DNA of 61,362 bases, filler included, from Malassezia furfur (taxonomy: Eukaryota), in the NCBI GenBank assembly GCA_052055015.1. It is 9 parts of 9 records of this genome, joined end to end, with 100 filler letters (N's around TTAATTAATTAA, not from the genome) between each part and the next. Parts side by side here need not be neighbours in the genome. Positions count along the whole stretch, not along the records: positions 6,934 to 13,741 come from JBQJIT010000524.1; positions 13,842 to 20,596 come from JBQJIT010000526.1; positions 20,697 to 27,448 come from JBQJIT010000527.1; 6 more parts are not named here. The stretch is one strand, 5' to 3'. A program made the position numbers and the translations under genes. Shown piece by piece: positions 9,798 through 22,269 of the stretch (its first letter is position 1; each line of letters starts with the position of its first letter). The notes beneath the pieces were generated by a model, which was not told where the DNA came from, ran no database searches, and was given only the letters and a program-made list of their open reading frames with translations.

Positions 9798-10463
9798 ATG
9801 TCCATGCTGCGACAACTCCCCCGTTCTCTGCGCCCTGCGCTCCGCGCGCGCCCTGGAATGCACAGTGAGCGTGCCATGCTCAGTGGCGTGCGCGCCACGC
9901 GCGCATACTCGAGCCAGGCTGGGCATGGTCCCAAGCAGCAGAACGATGCGCCGTGGGTGATTTCGTCGATCGCCGTGTTCGGTCCGCTTTTCGCGTACGT
10001 GACGAGCCTGGATATGGGCGGCGAGCATCACGATGCACACGGCGAGAAGAGCCACGCAAAGAACGAGGATGACGATGCTGCCGATGAGGGCGCGCAGGAA
10101 GAGCCGAAGGAGTCGGACGCAGGTGACGACGCCAAGGAGAGCGACGATGAGAAGGAGGCGCCCAAGGAAGAGAAGGAGTCGAAGGAGGAGTCGAAGGAGG
10201 AGTCGAAGGAGGAGTCGAAGGAGGAGTCGAAAGAGGAGTCGAAGGAAGAGCCGAAGGAGGAGTCGAAGGAGGAGTCGAAGGAGGAGCCGAAGGAGGAGTC
10301 GAAGAAGGACGATGCGCCTAAGGACGAGTCGTCGGAAGACAAGGGTGCCAGTGAGTCCAAGTTGGGCGACCAGTCGCAAGAATCTGGGGAAGACGCTAAG
10401 GAGTCGTCTACGGATGCATCGGAAGGCAAGTTGAAGGAGTCGTCGGACGACGAGTCCAAGTAA
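9798..10463 (+). CDS. Hypothetical protein: mitochondrial-like presequence, one hydrophobic segment, acidic EESK-repeat tail
   Basis: MSMLRQLPRSLRPALRAR...RAYSS, DAPWVISSIAVFGPLFAYV, then E/K/S/D-rich low complexity. Confidence 0.7.
   Translation: MSMLRQLPRSLRPALRARPGMHSERAMLSGVRATRAYSSQAGHGPKQQNDAPWVISSIAVFGPLFAYVTSLDMGGEHHDAHGEKSHAKNEDDDAADEGAQEEPKESDAGDDAKESDDEKEAPKEEKESKEESKEESKEESKEESKEESKEEPKEESKEESKEEPKEESKKDDAPKDESSEDKGASESKLGDQSQESGEDAKESSTDASEGKLKESSDDESK
10185..10304 (+). repeat. Coding 12-bp tandem repeat (GAGGAGTCGAAG)x10 encoding EE[S/P]K
   Basis: Ten near-identical units read directly. Confidence 0.92.
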
Positions 10464-10877
10464 ATATGGTATAGCTGCCTTCCCTTACGCGATGGGTGGG
10501 CCGTGGAGCTGCCGCGCCCCTCGTGAAGCGCACCTTGCACGCGCCGCCGTAGCGAGTAGATCTTGGAAGATGCCGCGCGCACGGCGCACTTTCATTCGGC
10601 CGAGTGATGGCATCGATCGGCGGGCGGGGCGATTCGGGAAATATGATGTGCGTGCGGCGGCCGCGCGCGGCAGGCCCGGTGTTCGGCCGAAGCAGGCGTT
10701 TGCTGGCAGCGCACGGCGGTGGGCATTCCGGGTGGTTTCGGTGGAGACGTTCGCTGCAATTGGCTGGCGGCCCGCTGCTGGATTACCGGGCACCCAACCC
10801 GGGCCATGCGGATTCGGGCGTAGGCCTAGGCTTCTTTCTTGCCCTTTCACCTCTTTCTTAGAGCGAAACCTAGCGCC

Positions 10878-12538
<1,661 letters not shown>

Positions 12539-12598
12539 GCGCGCCGCGTTTGGGCGCTAGACAGAACGTCGATCGTCTTGCGCGTGGCCTTCACGCAT

Positions 12599-12824
12599 AG
12601 ACTTGACGTGCTGTATTTGCCTCTGTTCGGTATGCTGGGCGGCACCAAGACGCTTGGGCCCCGTGGCACACCCACATGGGGACGCCCATCGCGACATAGC
12701 CGGATCCAGTATCGACAAGTCTCTTTCCTATAACAGTGGGGGCCCTATGGCTGCCGCAGCAGGTAGGCAGGGGGGTATCGTATCTTCCTGGCGAGGCCCA
12801 GCTCCCAGGATCATGCACACATGC
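12599..12824 (+). ncRNA. Candidate structured ncRNA (hairpin, H-box-like ATAACA, hairpins, ACA); family unassigned
   Basis: Complementary arms found by eye: AGACTTG 12599-12605/CAAGTCT 12716-12722; TGGGCG 12636-12641/CGCCCA 12683-12688 enclosing two small hairpins; ATAACA 12730-12735; TCCTGG 12786-12791/CCAGGA 12805-12810; ACA near 12817-12821. Confidence 0.35.
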
Positions 12825-12843
12825 ACGCACACACGCGCGCCCG

Positions 12844-13741
12844 TCAGTCGACCGAGATGTCGCCCGCCTCGGCCGTGCCCGGCTCAAGCGGCAGCGGCGG
12901 CGACGTCCGTGCGACGCGCGCCGGAAATAAGCGGCCGGGCGATACAGGCGCCGCTCGTGGCACGCCGTTGGCCGCCGGCGCAGACGCACTCGGCGACGCG
13001 CCGTGCGCAAGCACGCGCGCGGCGCTGTCGTCGGTGGGTGCGCTGCTTGCGACGCTCTCGGCGTCGCTCTCGGTCGACGTATCGTGGCGCAGTTCCGATG
13101 CGTGCAGTACGCGGCTCTTGCCGACGTCTGTGTCGACGCGCGTGAGGATCGCGCTGCGTGCCTCGTCGAGCATCGTGTCGATTGTGTTCTGGCAGCGCGC
13201 ATGCAGCGCCGCCAGCTCGGCGTCCTGCTCGGCGAGCGCGCGCGCGACCTGCACCGGAAGGCTCTCCTGGTCGTGTGCTTTCGTCGTGTCGAGCAGCTGC
13301 GCGAGTGCCAGCGGCATGGCGCTCGCCTCCAGTCCATACACCTCGGTAGGGTCCACGGCACGGTCGAGCTGTGCCTGGAAAATTTGCTGGCGCAGTGCGC
13401 GCAGCTCCTTGGCCTGCTGCACCTTGGCCGACTCGAGACTCGCGTTGATCGCCAGCAGGCTCTTGTTCGAGATCTCGAGGTCGAGCAGCTTGCGCTCGTG
13501 CTTCGCGTCCGCCATATCGACATCGTCGTGCACAGCACGCACGGGCGGCGTCGAGGCGTGCGGCAGGGTATGCGGCGTCGCGACGTGCGGCGTAAAGGGG
13601 TGCGCATGCACTGCGGCGGGCGTGCCGAGCGCCGAAGCCGCAGGCGAGTGCGCAAACGACCCCGACACGTCGGCGACGTGCGGCGGCGTGGCGTGCGCCT
13701 CCGCACGCACGCGCGCCGTCGGGACGGGCGGAACAGCACGC
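12844..13741 (-). CDS. Conserved fungal coiled-coil hypothetical protein, 5'-truncated
   Basis: Open frame with ERKLLDLEISNKSLLAINASLESAKVQQAKELRALR heptad segment. Confidence 0.65.
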
Positions 13742-13841
13742 NNNNNNNNNNNNNNNNNNNNNNNNNNNNNNNNNNNNNNNNNNNNTTAATTAATTAANNN
13801 NNNNNNNNNNNNNNNNNNNNNNNNNNNNNNNNNNNNNNNNN
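13742..13841. other. Artificial contig linker
   Basis: N44-TTAATTAATTAA-N44. Confidence 0.98.
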
Positions 13842-14294
13842 CTGTAGCGCCAGGCTAGCAGCGAGAGGGTCAGCAAGCTAGGAGCCAGCACAAGACAGCC
13901 AGAGAGCATGCCCGTGCGCGGCCCATTCCCATATATACTGGGGCCTACTCGACCACCTGCACACGATGCCAAGTCTGCACCGACGCACGGCCAATCGAGT
14001 GCGCGTGTGCAGCGTGGTATCTACCGTGCGCGCCTGAGTGGATGTTGCGCCGTGCAGCGCCTAGAATTTGCACGGGTGGAGGCGCGATGCGCGCGGGGTT
14101 TCGGCCGAGGTCAGCGGGCGCGTGCGCCCCGAAAAAAAAGGCTTAGTGTCTGTCTCGGCCGGCGTACTGGCGAGCTCGGCACGCAGGCGCGGACGGGGCG
14201 TTTGTGGTCGTTTGCTGAACCATTTTGTTGGTGCGCCAGCAATACCTACGCTGGCTTGGAGCACAGAAGAGGTCAACGAATGTTGCAGGCTGGG

Positions 14295-14932
14295 ATGCGA
14301 ACAATCAAATGTATGTATGGAGATGGTGCGCTCATGCAGGTGTGGTTGTGGGTGCCGTCGGCAAGACGTGCCTTTTGATCTCGTATACCACGAACGCGTT
14401 TCCGGTACGTTGACGGGCGCAGGCGCTCATAATGCAGAGCGAATATGTGCCTACAGTCTTTGACAACTATTCGGCCAACGTCATGGTTGATGGCAAGCCC
14501 GTGAGCCTCGGGTTATGGGACACGGCGGGCCAAGAGGACTACGACCGGTTGCGTCCTTTGTCGTACCCCCAGACGGATGTGTTTCTGATCTGCTTCTCGA
14601 TCGTGTCCCCTCCGAGCTTTGAGAACGCCAAGACCAAGTGGTGGCCAGAAGTGTCCCACCATGCGCCCGATACCCCCATCATTCTCGTGGGCACCAAGCT
14701 CGATTTGCGCGAAGACCCAGCTGTGAACACGCGTCTTCGCGAGCGGCGTATGGCCCCCATCACGTACAGTCAGGCGAGCCAGATGGCGAAAGAGATCCGT
14801 GCTGTGCGCTATCTCGAGTGCTCGGCGCTCACTCAAAAAGGGCTGAAAGGCGTGTTTGACGAAGCGATCCGATGTGTGCTGTCCCCCAAGCCTGTGAAGC
14901 GCCGAAAGGGGAACAACTGCATCGTGCTCTAA
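14295..14932 (+). CDS. RAC1: Rho-family GTPase Rac1 (P-loop appears to lack Asp-Gly)
   Basis: [38 protein letters not shown]...[23 protein letters not shown]...[11 protein letters not shown] (CAAX). Introns 14311-14339 and 14405-14437. Confidence 0.9.
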
Positions 14933-15112
14933 CCCGTTTGGCCGTGGGCTGTGCCCACACGCTTACGAGACATGACCCCTGTTGCCCTGTGACGCATGCA
15001 TAGCGTGGATGATGCACGGCGCGCGGCTCGAGGCCGTAGGCGCACGTCGTCTCCTTCCATCCCAAGCCCCTGTGTATTGTACCGCTTGGCGTATTGCATA
15101 GTGCGCTACACC

Positions 15113-18100
15113 CTATACAATGATCAGATCCCCACGACACGACGAACAGAACAAGAGCGCATCCTGCGAGAACTGGCGCGTCTGGCTCCGCGTGCCGCGA
15201 CGCTCGTCCTGCACGGCACTGGTCACCGCGCCTGGCGCATCGACGATCGACAGCGTGCTCGATGGGAGCCGCTGCACGGGCGCCGCAGTTGCATCGCCCT
15301 CGGCCTCGTCCATGCGCGCCCGCAGCATCTGCAAGCTCTCGCGCCGCCGGTGGCGCTGCTCGGGCGTAATTTCGTCCCGCATGTGCGTCGGCCGCCGCAC
15401 ATCCTTGGTCGGCGCACGCCGGCGCAGCGGCATCGGCTCCTGCTCAGAGAGCGTTGAGAGCCGCGGCGTGGCGACGTACGCGGCCGTCGCACTCCGCCGG
15501 TGCACCTTGCCGCTCGGCAGCACTGGATTCGACACCACGCGCCGATTCAGTGTGCCCTCGTCCGTCTCCAGTTCACGGATGCGGCGCTGCGCGGCGTGCG
15601 TCTGGGCCGCCTCCTTGGTGAGCTCGGCTTCGAGCTTGCGGATGTGCGCACGGGCCGCCTGCAGCTCCGCGCCGGCGTCCGTCGCGGGGTGCTGCAGCTC
15701 CGCACGCAACGTGCGGTTCTCGGCGCGGAGCGTTTCGACCTCGGCACGCATCGAGGTGTCCGGCGAGCGCGTGCGTGCTTGGAGTGCCGCGAGCTGTGCC
15801 ATGATCTGCTCCTTCTCGCGCTGCCACTGAGCCGAAAGTTGTTCTTTTTCGCGCTGCGCCTGGGCCAGTGCCTCTTGCGCAGCAGTGACCGTCGCAACCA
15901 GCGTCGAGATGCGTGATGCCGCGTCGTTGGCCTGTGTGAGTCGCGCGAAGGACGTACCGAGTCCATGAGCTTCCGCCGCTCGGATTCGAGCGAAACAATC
16001 GTGCGCTGGGCGGTGCGCAGCTTGTCAGCATCGCCCTCCGACTGTTCGGTGTACGACGAAGTGAGGGACCGCGGCACCTCGTCCAGGAACGCCGAGTCGC
16101 CCAGCGTAAACCGCGAATCGCCCTCAGTCTCGGCCTGTGCCGCGTACAAGTCGTGCGTTGTAGTATCGCCTGACTCGTCCGCACCAAAGAGGCCCGCGGC
16201 TGACGACGCGGACGCCGGTGGTGCATACCGATCGGTCTCGAAGGCGTCCACCGGCGGACTCGGAGGGCGTGCCGCATTGATTGCCGCTTCAGTTGCTGCC
16301 TCGGGGCCAGCTTCGGGGGCCGCCTCAGATGCCGCCTCGGGTGCCGCCTCGGGTGCCGCCTCGGGCGCCGCCTTAGGTGTCGCTTGAGGCACACTTTCCG
16401 CCAGCTGCGTTTCAGCATCGTGAGCTTCGTCGGCTTCGCCAACCTGCTCGGCCTGCACCAATTCCTCGGGCTCCTCTTCGAGCGGTTCCAGCGTCTGCGT
16501 CGACTCGGCAAGCCAGTCGGCCGGCGCAAATACATCTGCATCGGTAGCATTGCTCGGCTCGGCTGGCTCGGCGGTCTGCGGCGTGGTGGATGCATACCAA
16601 TCCGTGCCACTCGGGCCAAACAGGTCGCCAGCGGACGTATACGTCTCGTGCTCTGCGGGCAGCGGCTCATCGCTCGAAGCCTCGGCGGGGCCGCCCGTCG
16701 TGATCGAGGACGCAGCAGGTGCGGCAAATGGATCGTACGCAGAGGCCGCGTCGTTCGTACCCGAGGGGGCACCAAACAGCGCATCGGTTTCGTACGAGGC
16801 CGTCTCCGGCGCGTCTTGGCGTGCCTCCGGCGCAGGCGGCTCGTACGAGGTCTGCGTCGAGCCAAAGGCGGCAGTCGGCTCCGACGACAACCAGTCGAGC
16901 TCGTCGGTAGGAGCGCCGGTGCCTGGCTTCGTAGGAGCCTCGCTAGGCGGGACATACGCGTCGGTTTCAGGTTGATCATAGGCTTCGGCATCATACGAGG
17001 CATAGGCATCCTGAGGGACGAAACCTTCAGCGTCGTATGCTGCATACGCTTCGGCGCCCTGCGGGGTGTAGGCACCGTTGCCCTGCGGCACATGAAGGTC
17101 GACCTCCTGTGGCCGGTAAGGATCGGTGTTGTGCGCCGCATAGGCTTCCGCGTCCTGCGGCGCATATCCCTTCGCGTCGTGCGAGGCGTAAGGGTCTGTG
17201 TCGTGTGATGTAGAGGGCTCGACATCGTGAGGAATGTCGGCCGTGGCCTCCTGCGTAGCATACCATGGCTGGGTGCTCGGCGCAAATAGGTCGTCCGTCT
17301 CAGCCTGCGGCGTAAGATCGTCGTGCGTTGCGCTATGCTGCGGTGCATACGCCTCGTCGTCGGCAAATGGCTCCATGTCTGACGCCGGCGCACCGCCTGC
17401 GGGCGCAGGAGATGAGCGACGCTCTTGTGCGGGCCGTGTGTGAGAAGTGGGACCAAAAAGGTCGTCGGTATCGCCATACGACACATCGCTCCGCTCCGGT
17501 TGCATCGCCGACGCTGCAAAAGGGTCATGCGCGTCAACCAGGCGAGGCATCGACGCGGCCTTGGATGCGCTGGGCGCAAAGACGTCGGGAACCAGCTGGG
17601 AGGTGGGTGCGCCAAACAAGTGGTCGGCGTACTCGGTCGTGTCGTCGGGCGCGGGGACAGCAGCGCCCGAGTCATGCGCGGTAGCGACATCCTCGACCGG
17701 GGCGGCCGACGACGTAGGGCCCAGTGCGAGCGCATCGAGCGCACCTGTGGGAGGCTCGCCAAACAGGCTTTCCGCTGTCTCGGAGGGTGCATTGGGGTCG
17801 TGCGTCGGTGCAGGGTCCCGGAACGTGGACGCATCCGCCCGTGCGGGGTTGGCGCCTGGGGTACTGGCCGTGAGTACCGGTGCGGGGGGCGAGGATGCTT
17901 TCGGCGCAGGCAGAGCATCGTGCACTGCGGGCGCGTCCAGTGCGCGCGAACCATCATGCGGCTCCAGCGCCTCGGCGGGCGCCGGTGCGTCGGGGTGTGG
18001 AGCACCGTAGGGTGGTGCGGCGCCAGGCGCGGCCTGTGCGCGCCGCGGCCCTGGCGGCGGCCCCGCGGCAAGGCTCAATTCCGGTTTCTTCTCGGCATGG

Positions 18101-18186
18101 GCCTCTTCGAGCTTCTTGCGCTGCGCCTCCTGGTGCCGGCGCAGCTGCTTCCGCGCGCGCGCGGCCTTCGCAGCGCGGTCCTCCAT
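15113..18186 (-). CDS. Golgin-like protein (Bug1/GM130/golgin-45-like termini, long acidic disordered middle, coiled coil)
   Basis: N-term MEDRAAKAARARKQLRRHQ; 26-nt intron 15932-15957 joins the coiled-coil region; C-term LFCSSCRGDLIIV*. Confidence 0.6.
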
Positions 18187-18261
18187 CGTGGTGGTTCGCC
18201 GCGCACAGGCAGCTTACGTGATCGCACGTGGCGATCGATGGCGCGCTTCTTCGTGCTACGA

Positions 18262-20367
18262 ATGCGAAGCGTGCGAGCCTGGGCGAGCGTGAGCCGCGCA
18301 CGCCGCAGCGCGCTCCGGCCGCTGGCGCCGGCGCATACCAGGGCAATGAAGCCGCGCCGGACCTTTGCCACCTCGCCGGCATGGACGGCCGTGGCGAGCC
18401 GCGAGCCTGCGCAGCAGCTACTCGATCTGCTGCACACCTCCGAGCACACCGCCGCCGATCGCGTGTGGGCGCTGTACGTCGAGGCCATGCACGAGCGTCC
18501 GCATGAGCTGAGTAATGGCTCGGTTCGTGTGCCTCGCACGCTGAGTGCCGCTGAGCACCGTGAGGTGCTGCACGCGCTGGTTCCCCACGCCGCGCCGTAC
18601 ACCACCTACCTCGTCGAGCGTGCGCGGCTGCGCGCGTTGCGCACGCGCGCACAGCGCGAGGACGGCGCGTCCGATGTGCCACTCGACCTGTCGACGCCGC
18701 AGGAGCTCGCGCCGCCCGCGCCACACGTGCCGCTCTCTGCGTCCGACGCGCGCATCTACCTGAGCCGCGTCCAGGCGCTGTTGCAAAACATGCACGCCGA
18801 GCCGAACGCGGTGCGCGTGAGCGACTACCACACGGCACTCGAGGCGCTTGTGCACGGCGGCCACTTTCCCGAGATGAAGGTGCTGCTCGACGAGATGCGT
18901 GCGCGAAGTGCCTCGGAGCCGGCGCTGACGCCGGACTGCGACACGTACAATCTGCTGTTCCGTGGGCTGTTCGTACACGCGCAGCGCGAGATGCAGGCAT
19001 TGCAGCGCGCCTACGGGTACGTGCTTAATCCCACGGCGCACGCGCGCCAGCGCGCACAGTCGACCGCCGGTGACGGCGACGCGGTCAAAACGGTGCAGCA
19101 CTTTGCGCAGCAGACCGCTCGCGAGGCCACCTCACTCATCCAAGAGATGCAGCAGCGCGCGGTGCGTCCCAGTACCCAGACGCTCGACATTGCTGCGCGT
19201 GTGCTGCGCATCACCGGGCAGCTGCCGGCGCTGCTAGCGCTGCTGCGCACCGGGTTTGGTGTGGACGTCGTGACGCCGGACGCCGACCGCGGCGAGCCTG
19301 TTCACCCGTGCACGCCGACGACGCAGACGCTCAATACCGTGCTCATGGCACTTGGTGAGCATGCGACTGTGTCCAACATGGTGTCGGCGTACGAGAGCAT
19401 GACGCAGGCGCTGCCGGCCGGCGGTGACGAGGCCGGCACCGAGGCCGTGGACACTGACGCTGGTGCAGTGGTGCGCCATGCGGCGTCGCCCGACGTGCGC
19501 AGCGTGCCACCGAATGCCAAGACGTTTAGCATTTTGCTGAAGCATGCATGCACCGCCGCCGATACCCTCTTTCTCGCTGCGGCGCTCGTCCCTCGCCGGC
19601 GCTCGCTGCTGTCGCGTATGACGTCCTCGGACGAGCCTGTGGGCTTCTCGACACAGCACGACCTGCACACCGAGATCGAGCGGCGCATGCGCGGCGACTA
19701 TATGAGCGTGGCGCGCTACATCCTGGACGACTGTGTGGACCGCTATGCGGCGCAGGTCGCGCTGCTGTGCCGTGCGCTGCACGTCGATGCGCCCGGCCTG
19801 GACGCCAGTGCGGACGAGGCGGGCGCGGCGGTGTACGAGGCGCGGTGTGCGTGGAAGGCCGCGGACGGCGTCGACGCGCCGGTGCGTGCGATGCCGCTCG
19901 CGCACGTCGTGGCCGTCGAGGAGGCGGCAGCGGCGCGCGTGACATTTGTGCCGCCGAGCGTGGGAGTGTCGCTCGAGATGGTGTACCCCGTGGTGTCGTT
20001 GGCGTCGCGCCGGCGTGCCTCGACGCAGCTCGTTTGGGTGCGCGCGCGCGTGGACCGCGTGCTGTTGCTGCGCGCCATCGAGGCGAACGCCGCGCGTACA
20101 GCGGCCGCGGCGCACGCCGAGACGGCGCCTGCGCTTGCCGCGTCGCTCACGGCGCACGCCGCGCGTGTCGAGCGCGATTTGGCCGCACTGCAATGGCTGC
20201 GCTTTGAGCGGATCCCTGCGCGCCTCGCGGCGGTGCGCACTTTTACGCATGCGCGCAATGCGCGGCGCGCCGCGAGTCGTGCCGCGCGCGAAGAGGCCGC
20301 CCAGCGCCGCGTACGCCGGCGCGCGGGAAAAACAGCTTCGTCGCCTACGAGCCCTGCCGTAGCCTAG
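18262..20367 (+). CDS. Mitochondrial PPR-like helical-repeat protein
   Basis: Arg-rich presequence (alternative ATGs at 18238 and 18346). PPR-like motifs: LLDEMR...TPDCDTYNLLFRG, EMQQRAVRPSTQT, PTTQTLNTVLMAL, PPNAKTFSILLKH. Confidence 0.7.
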   Translation: MRSVRAWASVSRARRSALRPLAPAHTRAMKPRRTFATSPAWTAVASREPAQQLLDLLHTSEHTAADRVWALYVEAMHERPHELSNGSVRVPRTLSAAEHREVLHALVPHAAPYTTYLVERARLRALRTRAQREDGASDVPLDLSTPQELAPPAPHVPLSASDARIYLSRVQALLQNMHAEPNAVRVSDYHTALEALVHGGHFPEMKVLLDEMRARSASEPALTPDCDTYNLLFRGLFVHAQREMQALQRAYGYVLNPTAHARQRAQSTAGDGDAVKTVQHFAQQTAREATSLIQEMQQRAVRPSTQTLDIAARVLRITGQLPALLALLRTGFGVDVVTPDADRGEPVHPCTPTTQTLNTVLMALGEHATVSNMVSAYESMTQALPAGGDEAGTEAVDTDAGAVVRHAASPDVRSVPPNAKTFSILLKHACTAADTLFLAAALVPRRRSLLSRMTSSDEPVGFSTQHDLHTEIERRMRGDYMSVARYILDDCVDRYAAQVALLCRALHVDAPGLDASADEAGAAVYEARCAWKAADGVDAPVRAMPLAHVVAVEEAAAARVTFVPPSVGVSLEMVYPVVSLASRRRASTQLVWVRARVDRVLLLRAIEANAARTAAAAHAETAPALAASLTAHAARVERDLAALQWLRFERIPARLAAVRTFTHARNARRAASRAAREEAAQRRVRRRAGKTASSPTSPAVA

Positions 20368-20596
20368 TGGAGTGGCAAGCCGCACACCTCGCAGTCGGAC
20401 GCGCCCGGCGGGTTGACAAACGTGCAGTGCGGGCATGCGATGCCCTCGGTGGACGCAGCGTCGCCGCCGTCGCCGTGGGCATCGGTGGGCGCCGGCTCGC
20501 TCGCCGCGAGCGGCGGGGCGTGCTCGGCGGCGATCGTCACCAGCGTGCTCCACCCGCTCGTCGCGAGGAGCGCGTCGAGCGGGGCGCCCGTGCTAT
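20364..20596 (-). CDS. NPL4: Npl4 C-terminus with NZF zinc finger, 5'-truncated (absent from ORF track)
   Basis: Manual translation: ...LLATSGWSTLVTIAAEH...IACPHCTFVNPPGASDCEVCGLPLH*. Confidence 0.75.
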
Positions 20597-20696
20597 NNNN
20601 NNNNNNNNNNNNNNNNNNNNNNNNNNNNNNNNNNNNNNNNTTAATTAATTAANNNNNNNNNNNNNNNNNNNNNNNNNNNNNNNNNNNNNNNNNNNN
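20597..20696. other. Artificial contig linker
   Basis: N44-TTAATTAATTAA-N44. Confidence 0.98.
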
Positions 20697-22156
20697 TTCA
20701 GCAGCGCGTGCACCACCTGGTCGGGGATGGCGGGCGCGTCGAGCGCCACGGGCCACGCCCAGCGCACGGGCGCGAGCACCACGGCGAGCACCGCCTCAAA
20801 TACGGGGTCGGTGACGCGGCGCAGCGCCTGTGCGGGCAGCAGCACCAGGTCGAGCACACGGAAGCCCAGCAGGCGGCCGGCACAGTAGGGGATCGCGACA
20901 AACACCGTTATCACCGACACCGCGAGCGCCTGCACGAGCGCGAGCGTCTGCAAAAAGTTGACAAACGGGCCAAGCAAGCCGATGGCCTCCAGCACGCTCT
21001 CGATGTCCTCCGCAAAGTGGTCGCCGCCATCGACGTCGTCCCAGCCAAACTCGTCGTCCTCGTCGTCGTCGACGTCGCGCACCGCGGCGGGCAGCACCGC
21101 GTGTGCGTCGACGTGCGCGGCAAGGTCGTGTGCGCGGTCAGCCTCGAGCGACGCGTCGCTGTCCGTCTCGTCGACCCACTCGTCGTCCGCACCGGTCGCG
21201 TCCGGCGCGCCCGCCGGCTCGTCGTCGGTCCACGCATCCTCGTCGGTGTCCGCCGCCGCGCCCCACGCAGCAGCAGGCGCGGGCCGCGGCACGCCCGGCT
21301 CCACGACGGGCGCATGGGCGTTCGGCGCTTGGAGCAGCGCCGCGCGCGCCAGGTCGTCGTACGCCATCTGCCCGGGGTCCGCGGCGAGCATGTGCTCTGC
21401 ACGCGCCTGCGCGGTGGCAAGCGCCGCCATGCGCATGCGCTCGCGCGCCGCGTCCTCGGCCGGTGCGGGTGCGTCGTCGTCGAGCGGCGCCGGCGCCTCG
21501 GGCACATTGTGCACGACCCACTCGCGCAGCAGCAGCACGGCGACGAACGAGAGCACGACGCTGACGGTCACGACGACCGACGTGACCCACGTGTCGGTGA
21601 CCTCGTCGAGCACGCGCCGCGCGAGCGCCATCAGCGACGCAAGCAGCGCACGTGGCGACGACCACACGAGCGACGGCCACGGCGCGGCGTGTGCCGCCGC
21701 GGCGCTCGCGCGGAAGATGTGTGTGCCGAGCACGGCGTCGGTGATGCGGTCGCCGACGTTGAAGTACATGCGCCACACGCGGTACGTCGTGTACGGCACG
21801 AGCAGCAGCCACGCAAACGCAACGACCGCTGCACGCACGACATACGTGACGGTCTGCGCGGTGCGCCACGCAATGTAGCGCACATACAGCCACACAGGCA
21901 GCGTTCCCGGCGGCATCGAGTGGGTATAGCGCTTGTGGAACACAAACGAGTAGTTGCACAGCTCGCAGTACGTCTTTTGGCTGTGCTGGAGCCATTGCAC
22001 GAGGCTGCGTCAGTCGGCACACACGTACCACTCCTGGTGGCAGTACTGGATACTCCCGCTGCAGCGACATGGGCGGTACAGCGGTACACCAGGCTCTTCC
22101 TCCATGCGGCAGATGCGGCAGGTGGGCACATCAGGCACCGCCTCGACGCCAGCCAT
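20697..22156 (-). CDS. DOA10: RING-CH ERAD E3 ligase Doa10/MARCH6, 3'-truncated
   Basis: CRICR...LYRPCRCSGSIQYCHQEC|LVQWLQHSQKTYCELC (24-nt stop-containing intron 22005-22028), TM segments, LLREWV, EAIGLLGP. Confidence 0.88.
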
Positions 22157-22269
22157 GGTGAAGGGCGTGGCGGAGAAGGACCCAGACGCGATTGTTCGCT
22201 CGGCCGAGTTCACGCCGGGGGGCACCCCACGCGACTGCCTGCCCCCACTATGGCCGTGCACGGGGCACA

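Noticed and set aside
12599..12824. Assignment of the candidate RNA to snR30/U17, SRP, RNase P/MRP or a U snRNA
   Set aside because: ATCTTCCTG resembles the snR30 m1 box, but the m2 box (AAACCAU) is absent; no SRP helix-8, P4 or Sm-site signature was found.
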